DNA of 64,000 bases from Octopus vulgaris. Its lineage: Eukaryota. Below the pieces are notes generated by a model. The model had not been told where the DNA came from and searched no databases. It saw only the letters and a program-made list of their open reading frames with translations. This document shows, piece by piece, positions 27,300 to 42,169 of this stretch. Both the position numbers and the translations under genes were made by a program. The stretch lies in the NCBI GenBank assembly GCA_951406725.2, contig OX597819.1:67828001-67892000 (forward strand), written 5' to 3'. How positions within the stretch are numbered: position 1 is the stretch's first letter; each line of letters opens with the position of its first letter.

Positions 27300-29665
27300 C
27301 AATACGCAAAGACAGGGTTAAAAGATAGCACCAGACAGACAGGAGAAACCAAAAGTGATAAAAGTCATCAATGTAACCCACAAATAATTAAATCACTCTC
27401 CAAAGAACTCAAATTTACACCAACCAGCCAACTACAATGAAAGGAAAGAAGACATTGCGGAATTCTGTTGAGAATTACGACTCGCCGAGGAACTATATAA
27501 GACAAATAACAACGAAGACGAATCGCTAGTCCGAGATAGAAGTTACTACACCACACCAAAACGTAAGAACAAAATTCTTGACCATTTCTGTGAACACATC
27601 ACGAATTACACGTATCGACATATACACAAGCAAAAACAGAAGTCAAACTTCAGCGATAAAGAATGGCTGAGCTGAACAGTTTAAAAGATCATAAAACAAT
27701 AACAATTAAAGTGTCTCATAGGGAGACTGCAGTAGTTTTAATGGACACAGTATACTATGTAACTCTAGTACTATCTATATACAAGACACACCATATAATG
27801 AAAATTTCCAACACTGCAATCAGCAGAAAATAATGAGAAACTTAAAACCTATGTTAAACCTATAGAGAGAAGGGTTCACCGACAAAGAATACGATTATAT
27901 GATTAACTTCATAAGTAAATCCAGTAAATTCCTGGGTATTCTTAAGATACACAAAGGTGAAAAGGTAGGTAACGCATGCGGGGACGGCACAAACAATAAT
28001 CAGGGTACCTACTCCTAATGACCCCAAATTAAGTCCTATAATACCAGGTCCCGTGTGCGAAACTCAGTAACTTTTTAGATAACCTCTTAGAACCATTCCC
28101 CAAGCATATAAAAAGCTACATAAGATATGCTAAATCACCTCCCTAAAACAATAAATAAAACACTCTACTAATATCTTTCTATGTAGACAACCTCTAATAT
28201 TCCCCCACATCCTAGGAATAGAGACAATACAATTCTTGCTAGAGAATTACTCCAATGAACTCCCACATCAAAACAAAAAGGAATTCGCAATAGAAGGGCT
28301 AAAATTCATCTTGTAGAATAACTTCTTCGTCTTCAAAGAAAACTTCTTATGACAAATATTTGGGACTGTGATAGGTAGGAGAATGGCACACCCATTTGCT
28401 AACCTAGTTATGGGATACCTAGAAATATATCTCTATGTATCGTAAGGTACGAGAAAAATATGGAAACCCATTCTCACTCTACATAGAAAATAACTGTAAG
28501 AGTTATCTTGATGTTTGCTGCATTGTTTGGCATGAAAGTATAGAGAGACTTAAAGAATTTCAAGCACTTCTAAATAGGCTTGATATAATCATTCAATTTA
28601 CAATAGAATATAACCATCAACAACTTCCATTCTTCGACATCCTCATTAAGAAATGCAATAACAATATAGAAACAGACATATACGATAAGCTCACGGACTC
28701 CAAGCAATGTCTACCGTTCAACATATGCCACCCCAGACACACTAGAATGAATATCTCTTTCAAACTGAGAGAAAGGATTTGCATTATAGTATCCGATACC
28801 AGCACGAGGGACACATGATTACATGAGCTAAAGGATACATTTATCAGCAGGAACTACCCACCATCACTAATTAATAAATGTTTTCAACGTACCCTACAAT
28901 TCAGCATCTAGGAATTCAGACATCCCAAACTAAATAAGGATTTACACCCAAAAAACCTACCATACATAACCACACACAGCCCCTAAAGAATAACACCATC
29001 CTCCAGAACATTCCTTCTCTAAAAAGGGACCACAGAATGAATCAAATACCCCAAACGCACAAATACAACCCAAGTCAATGAAAAGTATTTAAGTACACTC
29101 GTCAACAATGTTGAAACCGTCAGTAAAAAAAAAAATGCAGAATACCTAGCTGTGGTATATGCGTCAACCTAATTGAGGAATCGGAGTTTTTCAAACAGAT
29201 TCAACGTTTTACCGTGAAAAGCATCTTCGCATGTGCTTCGGAAAACCTAATATGCATTTTAACTTGCTCAGGGTGTCGAGAGCAATACGCAGACCAAACC
29301 AAAAACCGTTTATGCTAGAGGATGACCGTACATAGCTCCCAGATTAAAATTCGGGAAAAATAGCATTAAGCGAACACATCGACATTTGCGCCACTAACGA
29401 CCAACCCAAATTCAGAATTTTCTCTATATATAAATTCAGGGACAATCCACTTCTGCGCCTAGGACTACAAATCTTCTCCTCAGCTCCTTCGTTTCTGTCG
29501 CTTTCTACTCCCTCCCGTTAAACTTATCGATACACTCATACACACTTCTACGCGGCGGTGCACTGTCCCCGTATTGTGCTAAAAGCCCCCGATGAATTTC
29601 AGCGCCTGACACACATTCCGACCAGACAAATCGGATCACTGCTCTTTGTTCTTCTTTGATGCCCA
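27300..29665 (+). mobile_element. Older, heavily degraded Penelope-like retroelement (RT plus GIY-YIG)
   Basis: AVVLMD, KIHK, FANLVMGYLE, SYLDVCCIVW, LPFFDILI, CHPRHT, Cys linker CRIPSCGIC, and LICILTCSGCREQY. Many stops. Boundaries are approximate. Confidence 0.85.
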
Positions 29666-30035
29666 TTGCTAATGGAGAGGGCATGCTTACACTGTAAAGT
29701 CAGAAAGAAAAGTGACGCGATCAGACTCAAGCTTTGATCACGTGATCAAAATAATACCAAATATAAGCACTCATGCGTAGAAGGCAGTGCGACAATGGCA
29801 AACATATATTATGGCGAAAGTGCGGATAATTTTTGACTTTCGCCCTTAATTTGGTTGTTAGAAATGTCAAGTAGCTTTAAACGTTTATGAGTCGAATCAC
29901 AGACGGGGAATATATAAGTTTGTTAAGCATAGAATACATAATTCGTATTGGTATTTCGTGTTAACTAACCTCTGCATTTGGTACTCTACTTACTTTGCTT
30001 CACCCTCTCTCTCTTTCTCTCTCATCCTCTCTTTG

Positions 30036-30066
<31 letters not shown>

Positions 30067-30585
30067 CTTTCTGTATGACTCTCTTCATATCTATGTCTCT
30101 CTTTATGTCTCTATATCCCTCTCTCTTCTACGCACTCACAAACACACACACATACACACACAAACACACGTCCTGCAGTAGTTACACACGAAACCAAATT
30201 GCATTATATTATATCTTCAAGGATCAAGAATCTTCCACATTTGACATACTTTTTACGGTGAAGATAGTTTGATCGTTTCTTGACAAGGAGCAACTTTGCA
30301 CGTGTCATTTCTGCTTCATACATCAACACAACATTGATCAATGTATAAGAAGTAGAACAGACGCCAAAACTAATTCAATTCTCGAATATGAGACTGTGAA
30401 TGTCTGGAAACGTTGAATAGGCATTTACGAACTTTATTGCTATGAACTTTATTAGCTGTAAGAAATTGATACAAAAATATGAAAAGTTTGAAATGAAAAA
30501 CAAAAACAATAAAATGAACTAGTAATCAAGTATTCAACGTAGCATATGTATGCATATACGGGTGTGTTTCTCACTCTCTCTCTCT

Positions 30586-30628
<43 letters not shown>

Positions 30629-31414
30629 GTTGAGTAATTCGTTACAGTAACCAAGTCATACGCCAGAGCACAGAAACGCACAAACTCGTACACGTAATCA
30701 GCAACAAGCTACATCTACATACATACTCAAGCAACTAACGAATGCAATTCTACCACATTATCTGAAGACACGATAATGAAATGAAGATAAAAATAATAAT
30801 AACATAAACACCAATTCAACGCTTAACACAGTTAAAAAAAATATTAAGATCTCTGATATTCGTCAGTTAATATTTTACAAGCATTAAATATTACTGGTCG
30901 CGAACTTGCTACCGTCAACAGTAGAAGATAAGAATGGTTCGATTTTGGTTTTGTTTTTTCAGTTTTTGTTAAGAATCAATGACCTATAACTAGAGGTAAT
31001 GAATCGATTGAACTATTCATGGCTATTATATTAATTTTTAAGGCGGTATCTTGTTACTAATGCGAGGTGAAATGTTAAAATTTGAAGATAAGAATTATTA
31101 AACTGGAACAAGTTATGTCTGAACTCCTAATAGATTTTACAAGACATTTTCGTTATGTTGACTCATAATTTTATTTTATTTTCTTGTTCTATTTTGTTCG
31201 TTATTTATTTACTGTGATATGTCAAGTAGTTCATATTTTACCTCGAGGAAACTAAAGCATTCAGATACAAGTGATACAGATCTTGTGTACATAACGGTGA
31301 AAGCTTGCAGGTAACATGTATGTGTAACTCTGTAATTCTGTGTGTATATTTATGAAGTATTATTAATTTATGGAAGTAGATATCACTGTCTTTCCCCTTC
31401 TCTACCGCTCTATA

Positions 31415-31447
<33 letters not shown>

Positions 31448-31527
31448 GCATGCATACATACATGCATGCATACATACATACATAAATACACGCATACATA
31501 CATGCATACATGCATGCATACATACAT

Positions 31528-31581
<54 letters not shown>

Positions 31582-31736
31582 GTTCGTTTGCGGGAAAGAT
31601 TTTTTAGTATGCATATAGAATCTCCTATTTTCTTATATTGGCTACAGCCTAATGATAGCAACTTGCAACAACATATTCATGGGGTTGTATCGATCTGTGT
31701 CGATATAACGGAGGGTAAATATAGTAGTATGAAAAA

Positions 31737-31792
31737 AATCCATGGATGGAATTTATAAATATTCTATGAATTTTTATAAATTCCATCCATGG

Positions 31793-31795
<3 letters not shown>
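31737..31795. repeat. 59-nt hairpin with perfect 23-bp arms
   Basis: AATCCATGGATGGAATTTATAAA and TTTATAAATTCCATCCATGGATT. Abuts (TTA)n. Confidence 0.95.
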
Positions 31796-31824
<29 letters not shown>

Positions 31825-31836
31825 TTATTATTTTTA

Positions 31837-31868
<32 letters not shown>

Positions 31869-32539
31869 TACTACTACTACTACTACTACTACTATACACA
31901 CACTCACATATATATATTTATACATACAAACACCCACACACCACATATATATATATGCTTATTGACATATAAAGATATGCGTTTATGTGTCTATGTATTT
32001 ATGTATGTATATTTGTATGTATGTATGTATGTATGTATGTATGCATACACAGACATCTCAAGTTGTGTTGGTTCCAAGACATACAGACTGTCAATTCTTC
32101 AATGTCAAATCTATTCCGGTCGAATACTTGATTCTTGAAATGATTTCTCTTTCTCAGTCGGAATCAGCGAGAATGAACACCGAGTCTTAGTTACTTTTCT
32201 CGAATCGAAGCCAATTTCAATAACTGAATAATTCATCTTGTGTGCTGTAAAAAAATTACTGTACAGATATTTGCATCCATTTCCAATATTCATACCCTGT
32301 CTCTTACGGCCTTCAACTCATTCTTCTTTCTCTCATGCTAATTACTCTAAAATGGATAGGTCTTCTACTAATATTGGGTTATCCATAAATAATGCGGTAT
32401 TTTTTTCAATAGTCGGAGTGCGGTTGGATAAACTAACTGTATCAAGTTGATATGGAAGCGAGTAGTAATTTGAACTTGTCCTTAATCTTAGTGCAAGTTT
32501 TGAAGAGTGCAGCTCGATTTTAACAGTTATGTTTTTAAA

Positions 32540-32870
32540 GATATAATCGAATTAACAAGGGAGCATATTCGGCATATTTTGCTTTATGAGTTCAGTAAAG
32601 GCAACAGCGCAATGGAGAGTGCAATGGATATTAATGCAGTATATGGGGATCGGACAATAAACGTAAGCCAGGGTCAACGGTAGTTCCAGAAATTCCAAGT
32701 CAGAAACTACAGCCTAGAAGACGAGCCTCGTTCTCGAAAATCTGTAGAGCTCGATGAGGACACCTGCAAAACTTGGTGGAACAAAATCCCATCGTAACTG
32801 TTTGGGAAGTAGCAGAGAAGCTTGGATTTTGTCACTCAACCATTTATGGGCCCCTGCGTGCAATAGAGAA
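32540..32870 (+). pseudogene. mariner transposase N-terminal (HTH) relic
   Basis: EHIRHILLYEFSKG..A.ESA..INAVYG...FQKF...YSLEDEPRS. Confidence 0.8.
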
Positions 32871-33509
32871 AGAAAAACAATCATTTAACGAGAATTGTTG
32901 TCATTAGAGATATTTCACCTTGTTTTCTGAAGAGTTCATTTAAAATTGGACAAAAAGTCGTCCGACAAAAAAAAAAAAAAAAAAATCAAGGGACAAAATG
33001 ACGTCGAACGAAAAGACGTAGACAAAGTGACGTTGGACGAAAAGACATAGTACCAAATACGACAGGCTTCTCTCAGCTTCCGTCTACCAAATCCACTCAC
33101 ACGGCTTTAGTCGGCCCGAGACTATAGCAGAAGACACTTGCCCAATGGTACAACATTTCACAATAATACAAATAATGGCTAAATACCTATTGTAATTTAA
33201 CCATCCGTATTCTGATAATATGTCGGAATAAACTTCCTTCCTCAGGTATCCCTATATTCAGAGTATACGAAACATATATATACACATTCACTGATTATAT
33301 ATTCAGTGTTTAAGTACCTTTCCTATTCAAATGTGAATAGGGAATCGAGTAATCAAAATTGAATAGGACATACAGACAGAATAAAATGTTTTTTATTATT
33401 TTCATTCTTTATGAATCCCTGTTTCCAAACTGATGAGAACTCTGATCCAGATGTGTGCTGAGTAACATTGCTGTGCCTTTGTGAAATTTGTGTTTCCGTG
33501 ATCATGCTG

Positions 33510-34189
33510 TAGACTGCGATTTTGCCATGGACAGGAACAAGACAAGCGTGAAATTTTGCGTTAAACTCGCGAAGTCTGCTAACGGTTCTTTGACCATGTT
33601 CCTGCACCGGGCGCTGCTTCAAAAGCCAAAGAACATCCCTGGAAAACTATGAGTGAGCTGGAACACCTGCCACGATCGTCATTCCTGGAAATGTGGTATT
33701 GTGCAATGACAATTTGTCCTCCGGGGCCAGACTGTCAATCGAGAGTTCTACTGCTAAGCGTTTGAAGGCAGACATTAGGAGAAATCGACCGGATCTGTAG
33801 AACGCGAAGAATTGGATTCTTCACAATGTGAATGCATCCTGTCACTATACTTTCCTTACTCGAGGATCTCTCGCCTAAAACAACATACTATCGCTTCTTC
33901 CCGCGCCCTATTCACCACATTTAATACTTGCAGACTTCCATTACTTCCCCAGGATAAAAATGCAACGCAAAGGTCGCCGTTTAACACCATTGTATAAATC
34001 ATGTGCTAATCACAGAAGATCCTCGTCTCGCTTACGGAAAACGACTTCCAGATCGGATTTCATAACGGGAGAGGAACGCTGGGACCGGTCTATTGCTGTG
34101 CAGTCTGAAAGAAGATGATGTTAATACTTATGTAAATAATTTTTTTTCCTAAAACATAACTAGTCCGAGAACGTTTTGATACCACGTCG
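33510..34189 (+). mobile_element. mariner relic (internally deleted) with right TIR
   Basis: SVKFCVKLAKSA, GQTVNREFY, IRRNRPDL, WILHN.NA..H, PYSPHL..ADF.YFP. Ends ...GTCCGAGAACGTTTTGATACCACGTCG followed by TA. Confidence 0.75.
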
Positions 34190-36966
34190 TATCTAGTGGG
34201 GATCCACAATACAATATATTGCAATAACGTATAGTAGATACAATATTTATACTGCAGAAATCTATGTTTCCAATGCAATATCTAATGACTGCAATATTGA
34301 AGGCTCATTGTCAATAAAATATACAGACAAAATATCACAATGCAAGATTCACCATGATCGATAGAGAATCAAGAATACGGCATAAAACATCTGGATATTA
34401 GAATATAATATGTAGCGTATATCGACCTGGTTATCATAATAATGCAGTTAGGTTTTTAGTGATTGTATCCGTTCGATGACACAAAGTGATGGCGTTTGTT
34501 TAACCTGAATGATAAGTAGCTGCTTTCATATCCGTATGCATTTGTACTGCGACCGCTGGTTCATGTTCCAATTGTCCCAGTCGATCGAGGTGTGGTGAGT
34601 CGAATCAAAGCGTTTTTATGACTATTTATTTATTTATTTATTTATTTATTATTGTATTTATTCAAATAACAATCAGGTGCAATGAACTTTCAGTTAATGG
34701 ATCTTTTTGGTTCGATCAAAAATAACTGGACGATTGAGCGGTGTTTTCTGTTTGTGGCAATTATGCTTCTCAATATAGAGTTGTCGTACTTAGTAGCTGA
34801 AAGAGGATGTGAATGACAAAACATAGGAAAGATGTTGGCATTCGTTAAGAAACCTCAGGGTTCAGTTCTTCTGATACTTTCCTGGTTCGAAATATTTCTT
34901 CAGGTTAAAGATACGATAACACTATTGGAATTTAATCTTACCGTGTCAAGAAACGAAAATAAACCTTTATCCAATTCATTCAGGTTTTTTCAGGAACAAT
35001 ATTTATTAATATCCGCTAAACGGGCTCAGCTTCCTACCCATACTCCACTTTATGACGAGACTGTCTTTCCCCCGACATTTCAACAGCCTGATTGATTTTG
35101 AAAAGGAAGTTTACTTGCACAATTCCCTGTCTTTGAGTATATGAATGTGTTCTGTAAATGGGGTTTTAAATACATTTTATGTCAGTCCAATATATGTTAC
35201 TTGTGTGTCTTCCGCTTGTATTTTGGCTTTGAGCTCTAATTCATTTAAAAGTACATTTTTTTCATTATTAAAGATGGTGACGTGTAACTGTATATGTTAT
35301 ATCTCTTTCATTTGTTAAGATTTTGCCTTGAATTTTTCTGTACATTTTGACGATTTGTTGTTATTTAAAACTGGCGATGTTTTTATTGGTTAATAGTAAT
35401 TTGAAACATATACGTATTATCGTATTTTATGTTTTACAATATCTGCATGATAAGGAAGTGCTTTCTTGCTAATTAAAGGAAGCGCGAAGCCCTACTTATC
35501 GATATATTTTATATGATTTCCTGAATCATTTCACATTCTAGTTCTCTAGTTTCTTGGAGCTTTCAAGAGAATATTTAATCTATTTAATCCTCTAGATGTG
35601 TTAATCGAAATAATAACTTACTGTTCTGTTTCCAAATAAATATTTGCTACAAGTAAAGCTACTTATATTTGATGGTGAACAGAATAGGGATTAAACTGAC
35701 AGAAAATCCATTTAAAATCCGATACTTACAGTATAGACATGTATTCAGAAAAAGGGACTACCGCAGTTCTAATTCACTGTCAAATTACGTGGCATTTTAA
35801 AGGACAGTGGGATAGGAAATCGATCCACAAAAAAGGAATAACAGCTGTGGAAGCTCTGACACGTAACAGGCCTTGATCTAAATCATTGATTTCTACATAT
35901 ATACTGAAAATGCTTACCAAGCTCGTGTCGGGTGAATCCCATCTGTAAGCGGTATACTATCAATATTGATCAAAAGAATTCTCAGCAGGTATCATACTCT
36001 TTCCTTTCAACTCCTACGCTTCCAATGTCTTTTCCGTCCAATACTACAAAGGTATTTTTTTATATAACAACACAAGTCTCCAACAGCGAAAATAACTACT
36101 ATTCCACAAGAAGTCAGCTTCTTTGTCCCTCCACCGAGGCACCTCAGTTGCACAGAATTTCATGCTAGATTAGTTTTTCGGAACACACAATATTCCACAC
36201 TTCCAAGGACAGTTCTCTGTATCAATACCAACCACCTCCTGGACGCTCGAAAGGAAATAAAACACAACCTGTGGTCAAATACGTCCTAGATATCAGTGCT
36301 GGAAGGAATCATTCACAGTAACTCCAGCCGGGATACAATCTACATTATCAACGAGAAGGCTAAGGTAAAAGACAAATCATATACCACGGCATAACTGCAT
36401 CGAGTCCTACGGACGTGTCCGGTTATCCTGCTTATATGGCTTATAAGTAACTAAGATCAAACCAGCTACATTCACTCGGCCTGATTGGGATGTCTTTTCG
36501 CAGCAAGGTTACACATTTGCAGCTCGGAGTATTGGAGAAACGTGGATTGAAGTGCTTAGCTCGAGAGCACCACGTACACCCGGTCCGAGAATCGAAACCA
36601 AGATTTTGCGCTCGTGAATGTAACGTTCTAACCACTAGTCTAGGTCGCTTCACGGATCTGCTCTATAGCAGTTCGGTTACAGTTGACAGGGCAATGATAT
36701 GTATTGGTGATCGCGTGCCTATTGATGAAAGCTAGCAGAAATGTTGAATATAAAATATAATTATAAAATTTAGGGAGAAATGCGATAGTCAAGGAGTTTA
36801 ATACGTTTACAAGTATCATGACTCCTGCAATTTTTTTTTCCTTAGTAGCGAATTGACTCATTGCTGTCTTTATGACCTCCTTTCTCTCACTTCCAATTAC
36901 GACAAAGACGTGTGTCTCGATAAAACACACGTACATTCATATACACATATTACATACATACATACA

Positions 36967-37007
<41 letters not shown>

Positions 37008-37140
37008 CTATATACATGCGTATAATAAGGGATGAACACTAAGTGGACATCCAATATGCTAGAAGAAGATCATCTACGATCTAACCACAAAGAAAAGAAT
37101 GTTCTCTAGAGTAATTCAGAAAAAAACAAATTTATTTAAA

Positions 37141-37183
<43 letters not shown>

Positions 37184-37568
37184 TGTATATGTATGTATGC
37201 ATTCTCTCTATCTATATATATATCTATCTTTCTACCTATCAATCAATTTATGTATCTATTTATCTATCAATATGAGAGAGACTGTTAAATAGATATGTAC
37301 ACACACATACACACACACACATATATATATATATATATGCATGTATAACTATATATGAATATATATATATGTATATATATGCATACATACATACATATAT
37401 ATATATGTGTGTGTGTATGTATGTATGTATGTATGTGTACGAGTCAGTGTACAAATGAACGAGAACGGCACTCTAAACATTCGCAGCTATGTCAGAGTAG
37501 ATAGATGGACGTCTCCTACACGTCTTCAAAGTATTAAGTCAACTTTATACATAAAAGTGTGTGTGTTA

Positions 37569-37621
<53 letters not shown>

Positions 37622-37669
37622 TATTTATATATATATATGCATATTTATATATATATATGCATATTTATA

Positions 37670-37702
<33 letters not shown>

Positions 37703-37710
37703 GCATATTT

Positions 37711-37782
<72 letters not shown>

Positions 37783-40319
37783 ATGTATAAATATGCATAT
37801 GTATATTTGTCTGTATACATATACGTGTGTGTGTGTGTGTATAAATCTATCTGTATGTAATGTGTGTATGCGTGTAAGAAATTATGAATATATGTATGTA
37901 TAATTTTAGACCCTGTAGTAAATCCAAAACAGATTCGTCTTGATGCCCTAATTTATATCCGTATATATGTGCCATTAATTGTTGGAGGAAAGGAATGTGT
38001 ATTGCAACTTGCTATGGCTTTCAAACGGATGATATCTTGAGTCAAAACTTGATTTACACTAACATTTGATCCCTTAGAAATAGCCTTCAGTGTAGCCTTC
38101 CGAATATGCTGCTGTGATTTAAGGGAAACGTAAGAAGCAATAGTTTTCCCGGCTAGCAGAAATATGTTTGCTCGCTAAAATTGTAAACAAAGCCAGTAAT
38201 CTGTTTAGGTTCAAATGACCGGGTACCTCTACCTGACGAGTTAAAATATGTCGGAACACTGGTCTCCATGAATCCATTTCACCAAAGAACCGAGCGTGCT
38301 ATGGGATATCCTGTCGCCATGAATAGTAGACATTGTTCTATGACCCACACAAGAGTGACTATTATAACAATATTAAGAACGAATGTGCAAATCATCATTT
38401 CATATCTCGTTGTACACGATGCAAATAGCAATTTATAATTTAATTTTAGATGCTTGAATGAAAACCGGAAGAGTCATGCTCCATTCATCCCGGTTTTGCT
38501 TGTTTATCACTAATGAAAGTTTATACAACAGCAATGCCAATATCTTAAGTAGATATCAATGGGAAAACGTACAGAAAATCTCGCTTTCCTACACGCAGGC
38601 ACACATTAACTCACGTTTAAAATTGTGAAAATTTAAAAACTTGGATCTTCACAAAGCAACATAAAATTTAACGAAAACTGTTTTATTTAAAGGTGGAAAT
38701 AAAGCTGTGATATATTATTGCACAATGAGGAAATAAACTTTCGATATATAAATACGTGACAGTAAAATAATGTTCCTTCTCGAATCATGCGCATAAACAT
38801 GGAATTTAGAGATGGGGAAAACAAATTTAAATTTTAACTTGAATAAATTCATTTTTGTTCGTTCAATTAATTTATCTTTAAAGTTTTTTATCGCTATTTT
38901 TCTTCTCATTTTATTACCATCAACATACAAAAGTTTTGCGTCGCCTCCATATTGAATTCCAGAATTAAATGAAAGGTGACGAGGTGTTAACATGTCACAA
39001 GATAGTTCTCATTTTATATATTTTATAGAAATTCTAACGATTCTTTGACAATATTTAATTCTATCGATTGGTTCGGTTAAATGTTTGATATAGAGAAAAT
39101 GTGTTCAAATTATTTGATCACACATTTATCCAGCTAAACCTCAAAGGTGTGCTACCAAGTTCAATATGCGACAATGACACTTGCTTGGCGTGAAGCTGAT
39201 ACAATAACGAAAAATATGTGCATATATACTTACGTAAATCCGTATAATAAACTGAAAGTGAAGAAGAATTCACAGAAGAACCGTATTAAATGTCTTTCGT
39301 TTCTTTTATGTCTTCTAGTGTTGCACAGTGCATTCATCAACTCTGGATATGTGTGTGCGTGTGTGTGTGTAAATATATATGGTTACATATTATCCATATG
39401 TAAATGTATATGTATATATAATATACAGCGGTTTACATAGCGACTTTAAAAAACATACTCCCCGGTTATTGAACATGTTTGCCGTATTTCAGCTTATAAA
39501 GAGATTTTACCACAGTTTACTACGGGGAGAGAAAAAAAATTGTCGCTCACAGCATAGATGTAAACAGAAAATTGTCAGCTTAGTGGTGCCTCCTATTAGG
39601 CTGCTAGGTTTTTTTTCCGACTCGTTATGCTTTCTTCAGTAAGGGATAGCAAAGAGAGATAGCACTGCGTTGATTAAAATGTTGCAGCTATATAGCAGAG
39701 CGGTCAATACGAACCTTTGGTCAAAAAAGATCCCTTGGTCAAAACAAACACGTTCGTAGTAATAGCATGAAGCAGTAATGAGACATAAACAGAATGTAAG
39801 CCAGTTCAATATGTGTGATATATTACAACTTCTGCCGTTTACAGTGGAGAAAAAAAATTCATGCTTATAGTAAGTTGTCAATTCGCCTTTATCAGCTCAG
39901 TGGCCTCGTCTCTTGGACATCCTAGCTGCATTTCTGGCTCGTTATGCGCTTTTCATTATGGGATAACAAAGGGAGATAAGCCTGACCTGATTAGAAATCC
40001 TTAGATTAATGTTTCATTTCCTTTTTATATATCATAGTCTGCGACATCGGTAACGTCAGCTACATCAACTACCGTGTAAACTTGTAGAATATGGGAATTA
40101 AATTTACAGCAATTTCAAAACTCTGCACAACAGGTCATATTATAAATTTAAAGACCTTTATAGAAAACTTCGGCTGTGGGAATTTTATCAAGCAAACGAA
40201 TATCAATATTTATCACCTACAAGAATCAAAGTGAAATTTAAACATCTGATGGGCAGGAAAAGGCACATACATGAATATCTATCAAGCTGAGTAAAAAGTA
40301 AGCAACGTTTCGAAATATG

Positions 40320-41330
40320 AAATTCATCACAATATATTTCAACAATGCAGAAATTTTATCCATCGAAGAAAGTACAATTACCATCAACACGTTTTCGCCA
40401 ACCAAGTTACACGTTTGTTTATTCCGGTAACATGAAACTCTGGAATTCTGGAGTTGACGAAATCTTTGAACGCACTTTCAGCATCGATTTAATTTTGGAA
40501 ACTTATTTTCTCACAGGAAACCAGGAAGGTGCTTGAAAAAGTGGTAGTCTGTAGGGAAAAGGTCTGAGAAATACGTTGGGTGGGGAAGAACTTCGAAGCC
40601 AAGTTCCCTCAACTCCTGGAGCGTCACTAGTGAAACGTGTGTTCGAGTATTGTCATGAAGAATGATTGGCTCTCTTCCTGTTGATCAGTCTGGGATGAAG
40701 GAGGAGTACAGTTTTTCGTTCATTTTGGCAATTTCATGGCAATATATTCTTGCATTAATGGGATTTTTTTCCGAGTTTTAAGAAGTTAAAGTGAATGACT
40801 CCAGTAGTACACCACCAAACAGTCACCATATCCTTCTTTTTGAAGAGCTTGGATTTAGAGGTTTTCAGAGCTTCATTTTGATCAAACCACCGCAAAGAAC
40901 GTTTATTATTATTGTAAAGAATCCACTTTTCATCGCAAGTTACAATATAGTCAGAAATAGATCGTTGTGGTTACAGAGAAGAAGTGACGAGCAAATTTGA
41001 TATCTTCGCATTTTTTGATTTCCATTCAAATCATCTGGTACCCATTTGTCGAGCTTTTTTTGATTTTCCGATCGCATGCAAATGGTGGATCTCTCTCAAT
41101 GACTGTCTTTAATTGACCGTCACTGATGACAGATAGGCGTCCACAATGTTTTGATCTCCAAGTTGGAGGTCTCCTCTGCGTAATCGTTTAAGCTATTTTC
41201 GAGCTGACCACCCACTAGTCATTTCTTCATCAAACGTTTCGTTGATATCGCTAATAATTTCAGTTGCTTTACGTCCTCTTTTGAAGTAGAATAGCAAAAT
41301 TCCCTGAATATCGTGCTTTGACAGTTCCAT
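40320..41330 (-). pseudogene. mariner (DD34D) transposase pseudogene, near full length
   Basis: MELSKHDIQGILLFYFKRGRKATE at 41330. Also ILHDNTRTHVSLVTLQELRELGFEVLPHPTYFSDLFPTDYHFFKHL. Confidence 0.85.
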
Positions 41331-42169
41331 TTCCAACAGTGAAAAAAAAATACCAATGTTAATTTACCGATGCATTTGGGCATGTCTCACTGTATTATAA
41401 GAAAATGGCAAAACAACATTTAAAAGAATTCAAAACTGCCAAAATCTGATAGAAATATTTTACGGTTCAAATCTTTGCTTACTTTTTACTCAAGGCCGGG
41501 TGCAGATTCTTAAAATCTATGTGCGATAAATTAGTTATGCTTCAGCACGAAATATTTTATGTATTTTTCATACAATTCCTAATGATATTTAATAAGATAA
41601 ATCTACTAGGAATATTTAAACATTGAATGGATATAGAAGTTCACTCGAGTAAAATATGAATCAAAGGCATCCATAAATAAAAATGGTTGAGAATCACTGT
41701 ATCTGAAGAATAGGGTTCTGAATGTTGAAAAAAGCATCATTAATACAGAGCAAATACCAATTTTGGATCTACGAGTGCACGTCCTGAAATCCATAAATAT
41801 TAATTATACATCTGTAATAGGCCACAATAAATTATTTTGGAAACTGAGATGCTGAGATGTTTTGCAAACAGCTTGCACATGCAAGTGCTACCAGTCGAAA
41901 ATTCAACCTACAGGAAGCTAGCAATGTATGTGGTCATCATGAGAGAATGCGCTCCGTGTCGAGGCCTACCCCTCGACGGCATCAATGCACTCCGGCCCCC
42001 TTCACTTGCTAGATCAACTGGTTATAAAATATAGCTCAATATTCTTCTATTCATCGCTCATCGCCTCTTTTTAACCAAATCCAGTGACTATCCTTTTCCA
42101 CTGTAGTTTGGATATTGGTCATGGTGGTATTTATTTTACGATGAGTTAGGCGTAACGATAACAACAGTC

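Noticed and set aside
35930-36440. Possible RTE-type LINE 3' relic (similar doubts for 32040-32400 and 42480-43000)
   Set aside because: Too decayed to recover diagnostic motifs without a profile search.
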